Shown here in pieces: positions 25,674 through 37,664 of a stretch of DNA of 64,000 bases. The notes under the pieces were generated by a model that was given only the letters and a program-made list of their open reading frames with translations, ran no database searches and had not been told where the DNA came from. A program made the position numbers and the translations under genes. The stretch lies in contig NMRA01000304.1 of assembly GCA_002633005.1 (NCBI GenBank), positions 151,200-215,199 of the forward strand, in the 5' to 3' direction. Within the stretch, counting starts at the first letter, position 1. Each line of letters opens with the position of its first letter. This DNA is from Phoronis australis. Its lineage: Eukaryota > Animalia > Phoronida.

Positions 25674-27246
25674 GTACTCCATATTTGGTGTGTGTGTGTT
25701 TATTGTAGCGTGAAGCTGTTTGCTTATAGAATGTTAAAAATTCTTCAATTCAAGACACAATAGGGTTTAAAAGTGAAATTCTGTGTTGTCAAATTATGAA
25801 AAAGAAACTAAATGTGAAGGTTTCCGTTCATCATTACTAATAGGCCTACTCTGGATTTAACTCTTCTCTTCCATTGATGTAAAAATACATAGTTAGCTCG
25901 ACTGACCTACTTTTCAAAATGTCAGGCACTCCTGAGTTTATCAACAAGTGGCGCTGATATTTGCCTTCTGTGTCAATTTCGTGATGTCTACACTGCAACT
26001 CAAAATGCAATAATACAAATTTGCCAACATTACAGTGATCGATAAGTGGGATGATAGTGTGATTGGGACTAGTACACTTGCCTGTGAAGAAATAGGACAA
26101 GTGCTAGACACTGATGTTGCATTGTGGGTAATTACCTTAGAATGAGAGTGGTGCTGTGTCATTTCAGGCCGAGCCTACTGGTTTGTATTGTGCCTTTAGT
26201 TTAAAACAACCAAAGCTGTTATTAGTGTTTCCAGCAGTATAGTCAGTCGTTGAAAAACTGCAATTTCAGGAATTATTTTCATTCTGAATTGAAGAATTTT
26301 TACCGTATTGTTGCGTTTCTGCTGTTAAGTCTAGGTGTCTCAGTTTTTACGTAGTAGGCATGTACGTCTCGGCTTGAAATATTGTTTATTTGTTATTGTT
26401 TTGAAGCTCAGTCTTTATACTATGAGCTTAGCTAGTTATAGACTGTTTGCTTTATGAAACTGCTTGTCTGATCATTGCGTAATCATCTGGGTATTTTCTT
26501 GACTGTTTATATGTTTGAAGTTAAGTACTTATTGAAGTAATATTTTGTTGTTGTATAACAGAAGTTGGCGATGAAATTTTTTTGAGTCATAAGAAAGTTA
26601 CTCGGACTGTTTTTTAGTATCAATGTATTGCAAAAGTCATGTACTGAAATTCCTTTCTTTTCATTGGAAGCTTAGTTTATCTGTTTCGGAATTTATATTG
26701 TTGGGATTCAAATTGCATAATTTTTCAGGTATAATACCTGATTGTCCCAACAGATTGCTATAATTGCAATGTAGGTCGCGTGTCTCCTCATTAGATCTGT
26801 TGTCAAATACCACTCTATACTTTTAACTTCATGTATCAACCAAAGAGATCCAGATAATTGACTAAAAAGTTATTCAATCCAAAATTGGCCACGAACCAAT
26901 TTTTTAAAATAGTCTACTTGAACTGATCTAATGCTAATTTCTTCCAAAAATAATAGTAAAAAAGGGGAAATAAAAATTCACTAGTAGGAACTAGTAAAAC
27001 AAGGGTCCCACCTTTGGAAATGCTTGTGTTCAGGTAATCATGTGAGGGACCCTTATCCCACAAATGACCCTTTCTGCTCTCAATCTGTTTTTAAGTGTGA
27101 TAGCAAGGAACCTTTCATAACTGCACCCCTAATGAATGACTGCCAAGCCGCCCATTGCCTATCCTTTGTGCTGTGGTAATGCGTGTACATTAGTTTTCTC
27201 TGTGCCCGTTGTGGATCTGGTTCATTAGGCTTTGTTTATGTTCCAG

Positions 27247-27419
27247 AGTTGCGTCAACATAACCTGTCTCATGCCCTTGAGCTCGCCCCACCTAAGGCGT
27301 ACCTTGAGGCGATGGAGGCGCTAATGAACTGGATAGAGGGGGTTGAAAACATGCTGAAGGCTGAGACTTTCTGCGTTACTGACCTGGAGAATATGGAGGA
27401 GCAGCTGAAGCAGTATAAG
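27247..27419 (+). CDS. Dys: Dystrophin exon (R5/R6), ELRQHNLSHALELAPPKAYLEAMEALMNWIEGVE...QLKQYK
   Basis: ttccag acceptor, gttggt donor, 173 nt, phase 1-0. Confidence 0.93.
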
Positions 27420-27760
27420 GTTGGTTGATATGGTTTGATATTGCAGTTAATGTGAATTGATATTGAAGTGATATGAGCTACTGTGGAATTGATGTGAGAT
27501 TAAGGGGGAGCTTCTGAGTTGAGATTGTGGTTACTTGCGTTAATATTGTGGTGATACGCAGTAATACTTTAGTAATGAAATCATATTGTAGTGGGATGAT
27601 ATTGTGTTGATATGAGTTACTGTGGGGTTGATGTGTACTAGAGGACTAGATCAAATTGCATAAGGTGGGGTTGATATGAGTCGATATCATGGTGATATGT
27701 TTTAATAATTATGTGTTGATACAAATTACTGTAAAGTTGATTAATAAGTTAACGTGGCAT
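27420..27760 (+). repeat. Degenerate low-complexity tandem array starting at the donor site
   Basis: Recurrent TTGATATG/TGATATTG and TGATATGAG(C/T)TACTGTGG motifs. Confidence 0.55.
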
Positions 27761-28029
27761 AAATGTGATTGTTATACAGCTTATTGTTGTGGACCTGTCA
27801 CTATGTTTGGATATCTGACCACAAAAGTGTTTGTCCCAACATACTTGGTTGTGGTTCTGATATTAGTTAATATGACTAAGTGTTAACATTAATATTAAAA
27901 TATTTCTGCAATTCATTGATGTGACCTAGCTGTCATATTCCAAGAGCGTAAGAACCCGATAGGAACATTGGGTTATTGTTAAGGCTTTGATATTATGTAC
28001 GTCATACACGTCTTGTTCGTTTTGCTCAG

Positions 28030-28245
28030 GAACTTCGGCAAGCAATAGTGGAACATTCGACTGGCTTGGATTACATTAACAAAACAGGAGAAGACTTGCT
28101 GAACCGAGCACCTGGTACTCAAAGGGCAGCTAAACTTGAGGAGGACTTGAAGACACTTAACTCCCGTTGGATCGCCATCACAGCGGATATTGATGATAAA
28201 ATATCGAAGCTGGAATGGGGCATAGATAATCTGCGCCAGTTTCAG
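28030..28245 (+). CDS. Dys: Dystrophin exon (R6), ELRQAIVEHSTGLDYINKTGEDLL...LRQFQ
   Basis: ttgctcag acceptor, gtaaac donor, 216 nt. Confidence 0.94.
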
Positions 28246-28542
28246 GTAAACATTCATTAAGATCATGTAAGTTTAGATAGTACAATACTTTGATCTTGCA
28301 GCTGTAATTCTTCGCTTCTTTAGCACACAACGTGGCCATCAGTGCCAGTAAGGAAGGTGACTCAGTGTACTTGTCAAAACTTAGTAAGTGGTAAATAAAT
28401 CCCATTCAGTATATCTTTGGTTTTGTAATGTACTTTGTTGTCAGTATCTCTAACGTTGAGGAAAGACGCTCTAACCCATAATACATGCCATTCATAACTA
28501 AGTAGACATCTTTCCGTGGCTGTTTTAGTCCACCTGTGAATT

Positions 28543-28782
28543 TTGTCTCCGTTGACATTCATAGGGTGATGTTACAGGGCCAAGTGTCAGTACTGAGTCA
28601 ATATTGTCTTTGATGACATCCATATAATATTGTTATAGGACCAAGTGTCAGTACTGAGTCAATATTGTCTTTGATGACATCCATATAATATTGTTATAGG
28701 ACCAAGTGTCAGTACTGAGTCAATATTGTCTTTGATGACATCCATATAATATTGTTATAGGACCAAGTGTCAGGACTGAGTC
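28543..28782 (+). repeat. 61-bp minisatellite whose unit spans the acceptor site and first ~22 nt of the exon
   Basis: Unit ATATTGTCTTTGATGACATCCATATAATATTGTTATAG|GACCAAGTGTCAGTACTGAGTCA; AG acceptors end at 28577, 28638, 28699 and 28760. Confidence 0.95.
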
Positions 28783-28874
28783 GTTGGATGAATGACATGG
28801 ACACGTTTCTGAATGCGCAGCAGCCAGCAGCAGGGGACACAGACACCCTACAGAGTCAGCTGACTGAGAGCAAT
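28761..28874 (+). CDS. Dys: Dystrophin exon (R7), DQVSGLSRWMNDMDTFLNAQQPAAGDTDTLQSQLTESN
   Basis: ttatag acceptor, gtaaga donor, 114 nt (same size as human exon 24). Confidence 0.93.
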
Positions 28875-29411
28875 GTAAGAAAAGCAGACGGACATCGCTT
28901 ATTGAGTGAAGATCATAATACTCACTCTGAAAATTTCATGAATTTGTATTAAACTTATGGCAGTTTTAATTTTATAGGTTCTAATTATGTGCGTTATTCT
29001 TGAAATAGGTCACCCTCTTGTGCTGTCATTTGTCAGAGTTGAAGCAATGTACTAAAATTATCTGAACTTTGTAACCACCTGCTTATACAAGGTATATTAA
29101 GGGCTACATTGGGGAGTCAAAAATGACCATCATCAAACTAGCATAAAATAAGAATGAAGTGGTTTATTAAGCAAAAATAATTCCTATTGAGTTCTATTTC
29201 GACCACAGTATAACCTCAGAAAACAGGAAGTGATAATTTGCATAATTTCGTAACTGCGCAAATTAAATGAAAACGTTTGACTCGCACTATTGTGCGCAGC
29301 GGGATGTGCCAAGGCACTAGTCGTGTTTCCTAAACAGCATTCAATATACCTTTAATACATACCAGATTTTATTGTTGCTTTCTGTAGAATGTGATACTAA
29401 GGATTGCTTAA

Positions 29412-29703
29412 AGCTACATTTTGCCCTGAAATTTGAATTGGGCGTTTTACTCTCATAAAGCTGGTCTCATAATATTCTTTACTAGAGTCAGTTATTAACA
29501 AGAACATTGAAACTCAATTTTTATTGCAGTTGATCCACCCTAAAATGGTGAATTCCAAAATGGCACATGAACGCAAGTGCCTGTGACTTGAGTAGGTAAA
29601 GGAAATAGAATCTTATCATTTTTAGAAATATGAGAATGATTTTACAAGACAAGTCGTAAAAGACCTAATGCAATTTTTTGCCATCTAACTGCGAAATGTA
29701 GCT
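29412..29703. mobile_element. TTAA-flanked non-autonomous DNA transposon (Kolobok-like)
   Basis: TTAA|AGCTACATTTTGC ... GCGAAATGTAGCT|TTAA; 13-bp TIR with one mismatch. Confidence 0.65.
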
Positions 29704-29773
29704 TTAACATGTCATATACAAGACTGAACAATATCACCATAGTAACTGATATCATTGCCATGCCCTCTGCTAG

Positions 29774-30091
29774 AGTGTCTTAGAGGACATCAACACCCTT
29801 CAGCCCTCCATTGAGAATATCAACTCAACTGGTGAGAAATTAATAGTTGATGCGGACCCCACATTTGCACTTCAACTGCGCCAAAACCAGCAAGATCTCA
29901 ACAGGAGGTGGGAGGCGACTGTAAAACAGTCTCAGGAACAGAATACTCGTCTCAAGGACTCGTTGAACAAGACTAAAGGAGTAGATAAAACTATAGTGGA
30001 GCTGAGTCGGTGGGTGGCCATGAAAAAGGATGAACTGCCAAAAGATGTCAGCACTGTGCCCGAACTGCAGGCAACGTTCAAAGCTTACAAG
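29774..30091 (+). CDS. Dys: Dystrophin exon (R7/R8), SVLEDINTLQPSIENINSTGEKL...FKAYK
   Basis: ctctgctag acceptor, gtcagt donor, 318 nt. Confidence 0.93.
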
Positions 30092-30657
30092 GTCAGTGCT
30101 GAACTGTTCCATTCTGCATGTGGAAATGACAAATCTTCTCTACCATACCAAGAATATTTTGAGATAACAGTTGCATGACCTCAAATTCCAACTGCTGTCT
30201 GTTGATTTATGAGTCTTGGTAATTGCTCATTAAGTTGCACACCCAGTCAAGAATTAACGAGAAGCATAGTACTATCTAGGGCTTACCTCAGTGTACAGTG
30301 TAGACTGTAGATAAACAAGTTGATAAACCAGTTACCCAAGCTAGATTGGTGGCATCAGCAGCCTCCTGTGTCCATATCTATGTATCTGTCTGCAACAGCA
30401 TGGTTTCTTTATGGATTTCAAGACGAGCAAATCAGTTGAGTTGCCCAATCTCGACCGATGAGTAGGTCATCGATGGATTATATTCATGACGCTGGTTTTA
30501 GATTATGTAACACCTTAATTTGGCATTTTCGATACATTGTAAATAGATGCACTTTTAATCTTTTTATTGTATTGGGTTTAATTTATAATTATTTAATTCT
30601 TGCCTTGTTTGATATTTTGTAAGATGTTTATTGCACTTCATCTGTATACTGTTACAG

Positions 30658-30871
30658 AAAGTTAAGTCGGAAATGCTGGGGAAAGAAAGCGAGTTGAAAG
30701 AGGCGGAGAACATTTGTACAGAGATCGTTAGTAAGAGTCTTGCCAGCTCTTTGCCACGTGTTGTTGTGGGGATGAAGAAACTAAAGGGGGAGTGGAATGA
30801 CCTTTTGACCCAGGTCAACACCAACTGTGACCTCTATGAGGACGTGCTGGACAAATGGAACGAGTACACTG
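30658..30871 (+). CDS. Dys: Dystrophin exon (R8), KVKSEMLGKESELKE...VLDKWNEYT
   Basis: gttacag acceptor, gtactg donor, 214 nt, phase 0-1. Confidence 0.92.
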
Positions 30872-31571
30872 GTACTGATTTAAGTAGTCAACATAGTACA
30901 GATGTTTTTATTTGTTTTTTTTTTATCTTTCGCATCAGTCTTTGTATTCTGATGTGGCTGATGTGGTGTTTGTCACAGGCCTGTAACATACTTGTTATGG
31001 TATTGTCTCTAGTGTCAACCATAAACAGTAATGTTGGAAAAACTGTCTTCCTATGTCAGATAAATTTTTGAGTGAAAACGTTGTAATTTGTACTGTATGG
31101 CTGGTTTGGGTGGTAACTTTTGAATGAACACTATTACACTTGAAACTGTGAATAATGAAGCTTGTGTAATTGGAAGTTGCAAATGAAGACAGACGCGATT
31201 TACAATCCATGTAGTCATCGTTTTGGTTTATTGACAAAACCATCATCAGGAAGCAATGTCAGTAACTGGCAATGAATACAACGGAAACACTAAAACAACA
31301 TCACAATGCATGTGCAGTTCTGGTATGCAACAAGACAGTGATCAGAATAATTCTAAACCATGTGACCCAACGTTTTTGTTGAGTGAGCTCTCAGCATGAG
31401 TGTTTGATATGAATAGATTCGCGGTTACTATGGCCAAAAACTAGTGTTATTGAGAAGCATGAGATTGTGTACTTTCAGTGACAGCTCGTAACTAAAATTT
31501 TAAATTGGTGCTAAATCTTACCTGTTCATGTGGATATTATCACGTCACAAATGTCGTACGTCTCATCATAG

Positions 31572-31675
31572 GTCTGATTAAGGAAGAGATCACCTGGTTT
31601 AAGACATTAGAAGTGAAGCTGGCCGCGTCACCTAAGAGCAGTGTGGACGCGGAGGAAATATCTGAGGAACTTTAC
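31572..31675 (+). CDS. Dys: Dystrophin exon (R9), GLIKEEITWFKTLEVKL...DAEEISEELY
   Basis: catag acceptor, gtaagt donor, 104 nt; AEEISE motif. Confidence 0.93.
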
Positions 31676-32236
31676 GTAAGTTTTATGCACATAGACAAAT
31701 ACAGTTGATTCTAATTTTATCACTATATTGTGAAATTTTATTTTTCAAATTTTCAACAAAAGTATACTGAAAGAAATGTTATATAATTTACATTACACAG
31801 TTGTCATCAACAAGCACACAGTATTTTGAGCATTTTAACTATACTGTTAGCTTTTAAAAGAAGACCATTTTTGGTAATTAATTTTGTTCGAATTTGAGGA
31901 AAGTTTACCATCACTCACCAGATGGAGTTATATGATAGTGTAACTCCTTAAGTGCTGATAGTGACTGGCCATTTCAAGACAACTTAATGAACCTAGTCTC
32001 AAACGATATCACAGTCAATTCTAACTAAGCCCAGAAATTTCTGAATAAAGAACAAAAATCTAGCATCAAGCAAAAACGCATGATTTTCTCCTGCATTAAA
32101 AGCGAGTGCTGAATGTACTGTAGCCCTATTTTATTGCAAAGCAGTATTTGTCAGATTTTTTGACAATAAGCTTAGCAGCTTCAAGTTGATTGTTTTTGAT
32201 TGCCTGTCATTACCGTTCTCCCATGGCACAATGTAG

Positions 32237-32389
32237 GAGTTGGAGAGCTTCGTCCAAGAGCATAGTGAAGGCAACAGGACTCGCATCAAGGAACTGGCTG
32301 CATTCTTCCAGGAGAAGGGCATCTTGTCGTCAGAAGCAACAACCCAGCTGGAGGATTTTGACCAACAGAGAGAAGACTGGAATTCTAAG
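32237..32389 (+). CDS. Dys: Dystrophin exon (R9), ELESFVQEHSEGNRTRIKELA...EDWNSK
   Basis: atgtag acceptor, gtgagc donor, 153 nt. Confidence 0.92.
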
Positions 32390-32761
32390 GTGAGCTCAGA
32401 ACAACAGTAAAAATTCTTCAATTTCAGACAAAACTGTTGCTAAAGACATATTTCTATTTTTTCAGTGGCATACCGCATAATTTTGCAAATGCTCGAAATG
32501 TCACCAACTGTTGTTTGGTAATAGCTATGCCATACAAACCCTCTTTTGCTAAATGCAAAATAAATTTTCTGAAAACTTATTTTTGTTGAGAAATTTGACA
32601 AACTATTTCACCTGTGCACCATACTGTGTGCTAAACTGCTTCATTTACCTACCACCCAATATTGCGAAAAGTTTTTGTCTGATTTTTCTAAATAAATGTT
32701 AAAATTTTTAATTCGCTATTTGCATGATTTGTTTTGTGCAGCTGGTGTTTCTTCATTGTAG

Positions 32762-32923
32762 GCCCGTGAAAAGATGGAAGCTCTTGAGATATCCATCACA
32801 CAGGCCCAGAACTTGGAGAGCCGTATGATTGACATGACTCAGTGGATGTCGGACATTACCACACATTTGCAGTCGAGGCTGGACGCTGACATGTTGGCAG
32901 GGGAACTCCCGGATGAGTATGAG
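32762..32923 (+). CDS. Dys: Dystrophin exon (R10), AREKMEALEISITQAQNLE...LAGELPDEYE
   Basis: ttgtag acceptor, gtaaca donor, 162 nt (same size as human exon 30). Confidence 0.94.
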
Positions 32924-33361
32924 GTAACAAGACAGTAAGATGGAATGTAGTGATCTTCTGCTTCTTATAAATTGTTTACAGAAGTAAATCAGTTAATTTG
33001 CACAAATTGCTGAAACCGAGACAATTTTCGCTGACTTGCTGCCTTGCTGCAAATTATCGAGCTTTAACTGTCTCTTAAATGACAGCTGTGCAGAACATCC
33101 ATGCTACTGACAGAGTAAATTTTTTGTTTTTGCGTAGAGACTGATTATGCACTAAATATGTGAAGAATAACAGTTACTTTACTGTGTTGTGTATTTTTGT
33201 GGTTGTCTTAGCACTAGGTAAAGCAGTGAAGCCTCAGTAGATGTTGCTACTTAGCTGGCATTACGATAACCTGCATTAAACAATATACGCTTAAAAAGTA
33301 TTTTCTTTTAATTTGATTGCTTATCCCTTGGGGAGTTTTCATGATGTCATTTGGTTGCCTA

Positions 33362-33765
33362 TCATTTGTTCACTTGGCAACCTGGTGCGTTCACATGCTT
33401 ATGGTTGAACATGGCCATTGGGTTGTTGGCTAACCTGCACTACATCATTGTTCATGTGGCAACCTGATGTTCACATGCTTATTGTTGAACGCGGTAATTG
33501 TTTGTTCACATGGTAACCTGGTGTTTTCACATGCTTATGTTTAAACAAAGCCATTTGGTTTTTATCTAATCCACAACGTACGTTCACATGGCAACCTGGT
33601 GTTCACGTGTTCATGGTTGAACATGTCCTTTTGGTTTTGTGCTAACTCCCATTGTTTCTTCTGGTAGTAACCTTGTGTTCACATGCTTATGGTTGAATGT
33701 TTCCATTGTTTGTTCACATGGCAGTATGGTGTTCACATGCTTATTGTTGAATATGGCCATTTCAG
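33362..33765 (+). repeat. Six-copy degenerate tandem array ending at the acceptor AG
   Basis: Unit GTTCACATGGCAACCTGGTGTTCACATGCTTATGGTTGAACATGGCCATT; the last copy ends ...GGCCATTTCAG|exon. Confidence 0.85.
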
Positions 33766-33894
33766 CAACTTAAGGCAGAGTTTAATGAACAAGATGAGGT
33801 GCTTCGAGATATGGAGAACCAAATCAAAGAATACAAAGCACAGGGAAAGATTGAAGCTAGTCACAGACTGGAGCAACAGACCAGTATTTTGAAG
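33766..33894 (+). CDS. Dys: Dystrophin exon (R10), QLKAEFNEQDEVLRDMENQIKEYKAQGKIEASHRLEQQTSILK
   Basis: tttcag acceptor, gtattt donor, 129 nt. Confidence 0.92.
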
Positions 33895-34244
33895 GTATTT
33901 CATATGAACTAAACACGTTCTTGAGTTCTTGTTGCAGACCATTATATTTTATCATCTCCAATTTCTTATAATTTGCTTTTTTTGTCCATTTCCATTCTTT
34001 TCTGAAATTTTACTCAAATTATATATGTCCAATACTATTTGAGTTTAACTGATGACTGAATGACTGAGTAACAAAACGAAAGCAAAAACATTATGAGCTT
34101 CTGAGTTTTGCGTGATGGGGATTCCAATGTCTGTGTGTAAATTTCCCATAATTACTTGGCACAGATAGGGTCATTGATGAAGTGATTATCTGCTCTTACT
34201 TTTTCATCTTGGCAATAAGAGATGCAGAGTGTACTGTTGCCTGA

Positions 34245-36098
34245 GAGGTGTTGATTTCTTGCCTCCCTGTGAACACCTGCATCTGTACTTGTTGAAGAGA
34301 TCCCAAAAGTTCCCTTAATTCAAGATTCAGCCTCCGTCGCCATAAGCTGTCAGCCGTCAGTGAGTCGAGTGCGTACTGCATGGATATTTGATAATGAATA
34401 TTATTTTGATAGAAACACTACGACGAGGTGCTACTCAAGTTCAGTAAGTTCCAGAGGCCCATTGACTTTGAGCCTAAGATGCAGCATGTCAAGCGAGCTC
34501 TTGATGAGGTTGAGGAACGGCTACACCTGATCGAACTACACAGTGAGGATCCGGAGCTGGTGCAGACACAGTTCGACCAATGTATGGTACGTTGTGCTTG
34601 TATTACATTCCAAAGATAATAGTACCTTTCCCCTCCAATGATCCATCATGCCAGCTTCTCTGATCATGAATTCTGCTTGCACTTAGCTATCATGACACAG
34701 TTCATTCGGTGCTACATCTCATTTCCCATCTGGTAACTACGAAATTCAATGCTTCTTACTGGTTGGGATTGCAGTAGGTACTTGCCGCAGTGTCTGGACT
34801 TTGTGACAGGCTTCTTTTGTTTGAGGATTAAGGAAAGGAGATGAGTGTCTGTGATAACCGCTGCCTCTACGCAGCAACATTTTTCCTCATCCATCTTAAA
34901 CACTGCGTACTATAAAACCATCATTAAAAACTGAACTTTTTCATGTTGAACAGCATAAGTTGGTTAACTCCAACTGATGAAAAAAGAAATATTTATAACA
35001 CACATTGTATCTCTTGTTTCTTCGTTCATATGTCCTAACCTTTGTTGTGTAACATTTGATAATTTTCAGAATTTTGTGACTAAGTGGCTTATTTTATGAT
35101 TTGATTTGCATTTATTTTGTTCTGCGTTATAGAATAATGTTAATTTTAGAAATTTTACCGTGCCATGAGCGAGANGAGGTGTTGATTTCTTGCCTCCCTG
35201 TGAACACCTGCATCTGTACTTGTTGAAGAGATCCCAAAAGTTCCCTTAATTCAAGATTCAGCCTCCGTCGCCATAAGCTGTCAGTGAGTCGAGTGCGTAC
35301 TGCATGGATATTTGATAATGAATATTATTTTGATAGAAACACTACGACGAGGTGCTACTCAAGTTCAGTAAGTTCCAGAGGCCCATTGACTTTGAGCCTA
35401 AGATGCAGCATGTCAAGCGAGCTCTTGATGAGGTTGAGGAACGGCTACACCTGATCGAACTACACAGTGAGGATCCGGAGCTGGTGCAGACACAGTTCGA
35501 CCAATGTATGGTACGTTGTGCTTGTATTACATTCCAAAGATAATAGTACCTTTCCCCTCCAATGATCCATCATGCCAGCTTCTCTGATCATGAATTCTGC
35601 TTGCACTTAGCTATCATGACACAGTTCATTCGGTGCTACATCTCATTTCCCATCTGGTAACTACGAAATTCAATGCTTCTTACTGGTTGGGATTGCAGTA
35701 GGTACTTGCCGCAGTGTCTGGACTTTGTGACAGGCTTCTTTTGTTTGAGGATTAAGGAAAGGAGATGAGTGTCTGTGATAACCGCTGCCTCTACGCAGCA
35801 ACATTTTTCCTCATCCATCTTAAACACTGCGTACTATAAAACCATCATTAAAAACTGAACTTTTTCATGTTGAACAGCATAAGTTGGTTAACTCCAACTG
35901 ATGAAAAAAGAAATATTTATAACACACATTGTATCTCTTGTTTCTTCGTTCATATGTCCTAACCTTTGTTGTGTAACATTTGATAATTTTCAGAATTTTG
36001 TGACTAAGTGGCTTATTTTATGATTTGATTTGCATTTATTTTGTTCTGCGTTATAGAATAATGTTAATTTTAGAAATTTTACCGTGCCATGAGCGAGA
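34245..36098 (+). repeat. ~925-bp near-identical direct duplication across scaffold N 35175, including a second exon copy at 35337-35510; probable assembly overlap
   Basis: 34245-35174 matches 35176-36098 apart from a visible 7-bp indel; the junction is exactly the N. Confidence 0.9.
34413..34586 (+). CDS. Dys: Dystrophin exon (R10/R11), KHYDEVLLKFSKFQRPIDFEPKM...QFDQCM
   Basis: ttttgatag acceptor, gtacgt donor, 174 nt (same size as human exon 32). Confidence 0.93.
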
Positions 36099-36229
36099 TC
36101 AAGGGTGAGGTAGAGTATGTTATCAAGACGGGCCGTCAGGTGGTAGATAAGAAACAAGTGGACTTCCCCAACAAGTTGAGTCAACAGTTGGATGCCATCA
36201 AGCACCAGTACAATGAACTGGGACGACAG
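36074..36229 (+). CDS. Dys: Dystrophin exon (R11), KFYRAMSEIKGEVEYVIKTGRQVVDKKQ...YNELGRQ
   Basis: ttttag acceptor, gtgggt donor, 156 nt (same size as human exon 33). Confidence 0.96.
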
Positions 36230-36655
36230 GTGGGTACAGTGGGGTAGGCAGGGAATCGAGGGTACGCAAGGGTATAGGGGTGTATGTGTTCAAGGTGGGG
36301 GCGTTCGGTGGTGATCTAGGAATAAATGGCCTTTGCCACTAACATGAAACACTAGTGCAATTTTACTTGAAGGTTGCAGCATTTCAAGTCTTATGATTTT
36401 CTCAATGAAACATGAACTCTGGTGTTGTGGTGTTGGGTATTAGAGTGAAAATGTGATGTGTTTATTTATATAAAATTTTTCACATCTAGGCAGTGATTTG
36501 AACTTTTTATCTGCAGTAGAGTTGTTTGCTGCATTTCAAATCAACTGATCAATGTTTGTATTGAACCATGATATAACTTACTGTTGGATAACATCCGTGC
36601 TTTGATTTCACTCCTGTTTGATATGACCGTTTTCTTCTTAAAACGTCATGTGTAG

Positions 36656-36820
36656 GTGACTGAAGGCAAGAAAGAGTTGGAGAAAGCTCTCAAAATTTCT
36701 AAGAAACTGAAGAAGGAGACTACCTCCGTGTCTGAATGGATGAACTCCGTGGAGGAAGAGTTGACCAGACGTGAGGCCCTATTGCCTCATAAGGTGGACG
36801 AGGAGCTGGCTTGGCTAAAG
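36656..36820 (+). CDS. Dys: Dystrophin exon (R12), VTEGKKELEKALKISKKLKKE...ELAWLK
   Basis: tgtag acceptor, gtaaga donor, 165 nt. Confidence 0.95.
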
Positions 36821-36849
36821 GTAAGATGAGCGTGCGTTGTGTTAACTGT

Positions 36850-37100
36850 CTTAACGAATGATTTCAGTTGAGGAGGTGTAGACCAGTTGTGATGCTCTGC
36901 TGTTTATGGTAGAGACTGAGCTCCTAGGGGTATGTGTTTGTCTCTATTGTGATTTGAGCTGGAAGGGGTAATTAGATGGGAGGTACCTCTCACATGTATT
37001 GGCAGCAATTGAGGAATGGCGTGGCTTAAGGTATGGACTAGGCTTTGTTTGTCTATGAGTAGATGAGCTCAGGGAAGGAACAGTTGATCTGATGTTAGGC
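36850..37100 (+). repeat. Degenerate copies of the preceding exon 3' half and donor
   Basis: GAGGAGGTGTAGACCAGTTGTGATGCTCT resembles GAGGAAGAGTTGACCAGACGTGAGGCCCT; GAGGAATGGCGTGGCTTAAGGTATG resembles GAGGAGCTGGCTTGGCTAAAG|GTAAG. Confidence 0.7.
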
Positions 37101-37481
37101 AATACTTTTTTAGTTGTGGAAAAGTTTTGGACAATGTGAGAACGTAGGAAAATGTGGAAATAACATGGTGTATGCTTTGTTAGAATCGCATCTTCATAAT
37201 TATCCTAAAATACCAATTCGTATGTATGTGATACAATGTAAGGTAAGAGAAAGTGTTTTGCACAAGTTCAAGAAAGTGAATTTGCTTTCATTACGAGGCT
37301 ATTTTTGTCACTGTTGGTGTGAAAGTTTCTCTTTTAACCATGCCCTCAGCCTTTGATCAGCATGCTACGACCTTGAGAAAACTTTGGAGAAGATAGTTTA
37401 GGTGCACTTGGGCTGTGATGTCTTATGAAGCATGTAACTTGTCAGTCTGTAGTTAAAGCAAAAATCTATGTTTGTCCTTAG

Positions 37482-37664
37482 AACACACAGCTGGAGGTTG
37501 GCCGACGACAGACGGTGCTGTCTGCCATCAGTGACTTGGTCAGTCAGCTGCAGGAGATAGCTGAGGAGGGTCTGCTGCAGCCGGCTGTACAGAATGTCCA
37601 GTCTCTCAATGACCAGTGGTCAGAGCTCTCCAAACGACTTACCAAAAGGAGGCAGACTGTCCTG
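37482..37664 (+). CDS. Dys: Dystrophin exon (R12), NTQLEVGRRQTVLSAISDLVSQL...QWSELSKRLTKRRQTVL
   Basis: ccttag acceptor, gtaagt donor, 183 nt. Confidence 0.93.

Noticed and set aside
28543-28782. Regularly spaced repeats resembling a CRISPR array
   Set aside because: The units are contiguous and nearly identical with no unique spacers; eukaryotic intron, no cas genes.
37239-37256. 18-mer TAAGGTAAGAGAAAGTGT identical to the real donor context at 53691
   Set aside because: A single short AT-rich match with no extended homology or associated open exon; compatible with chance.
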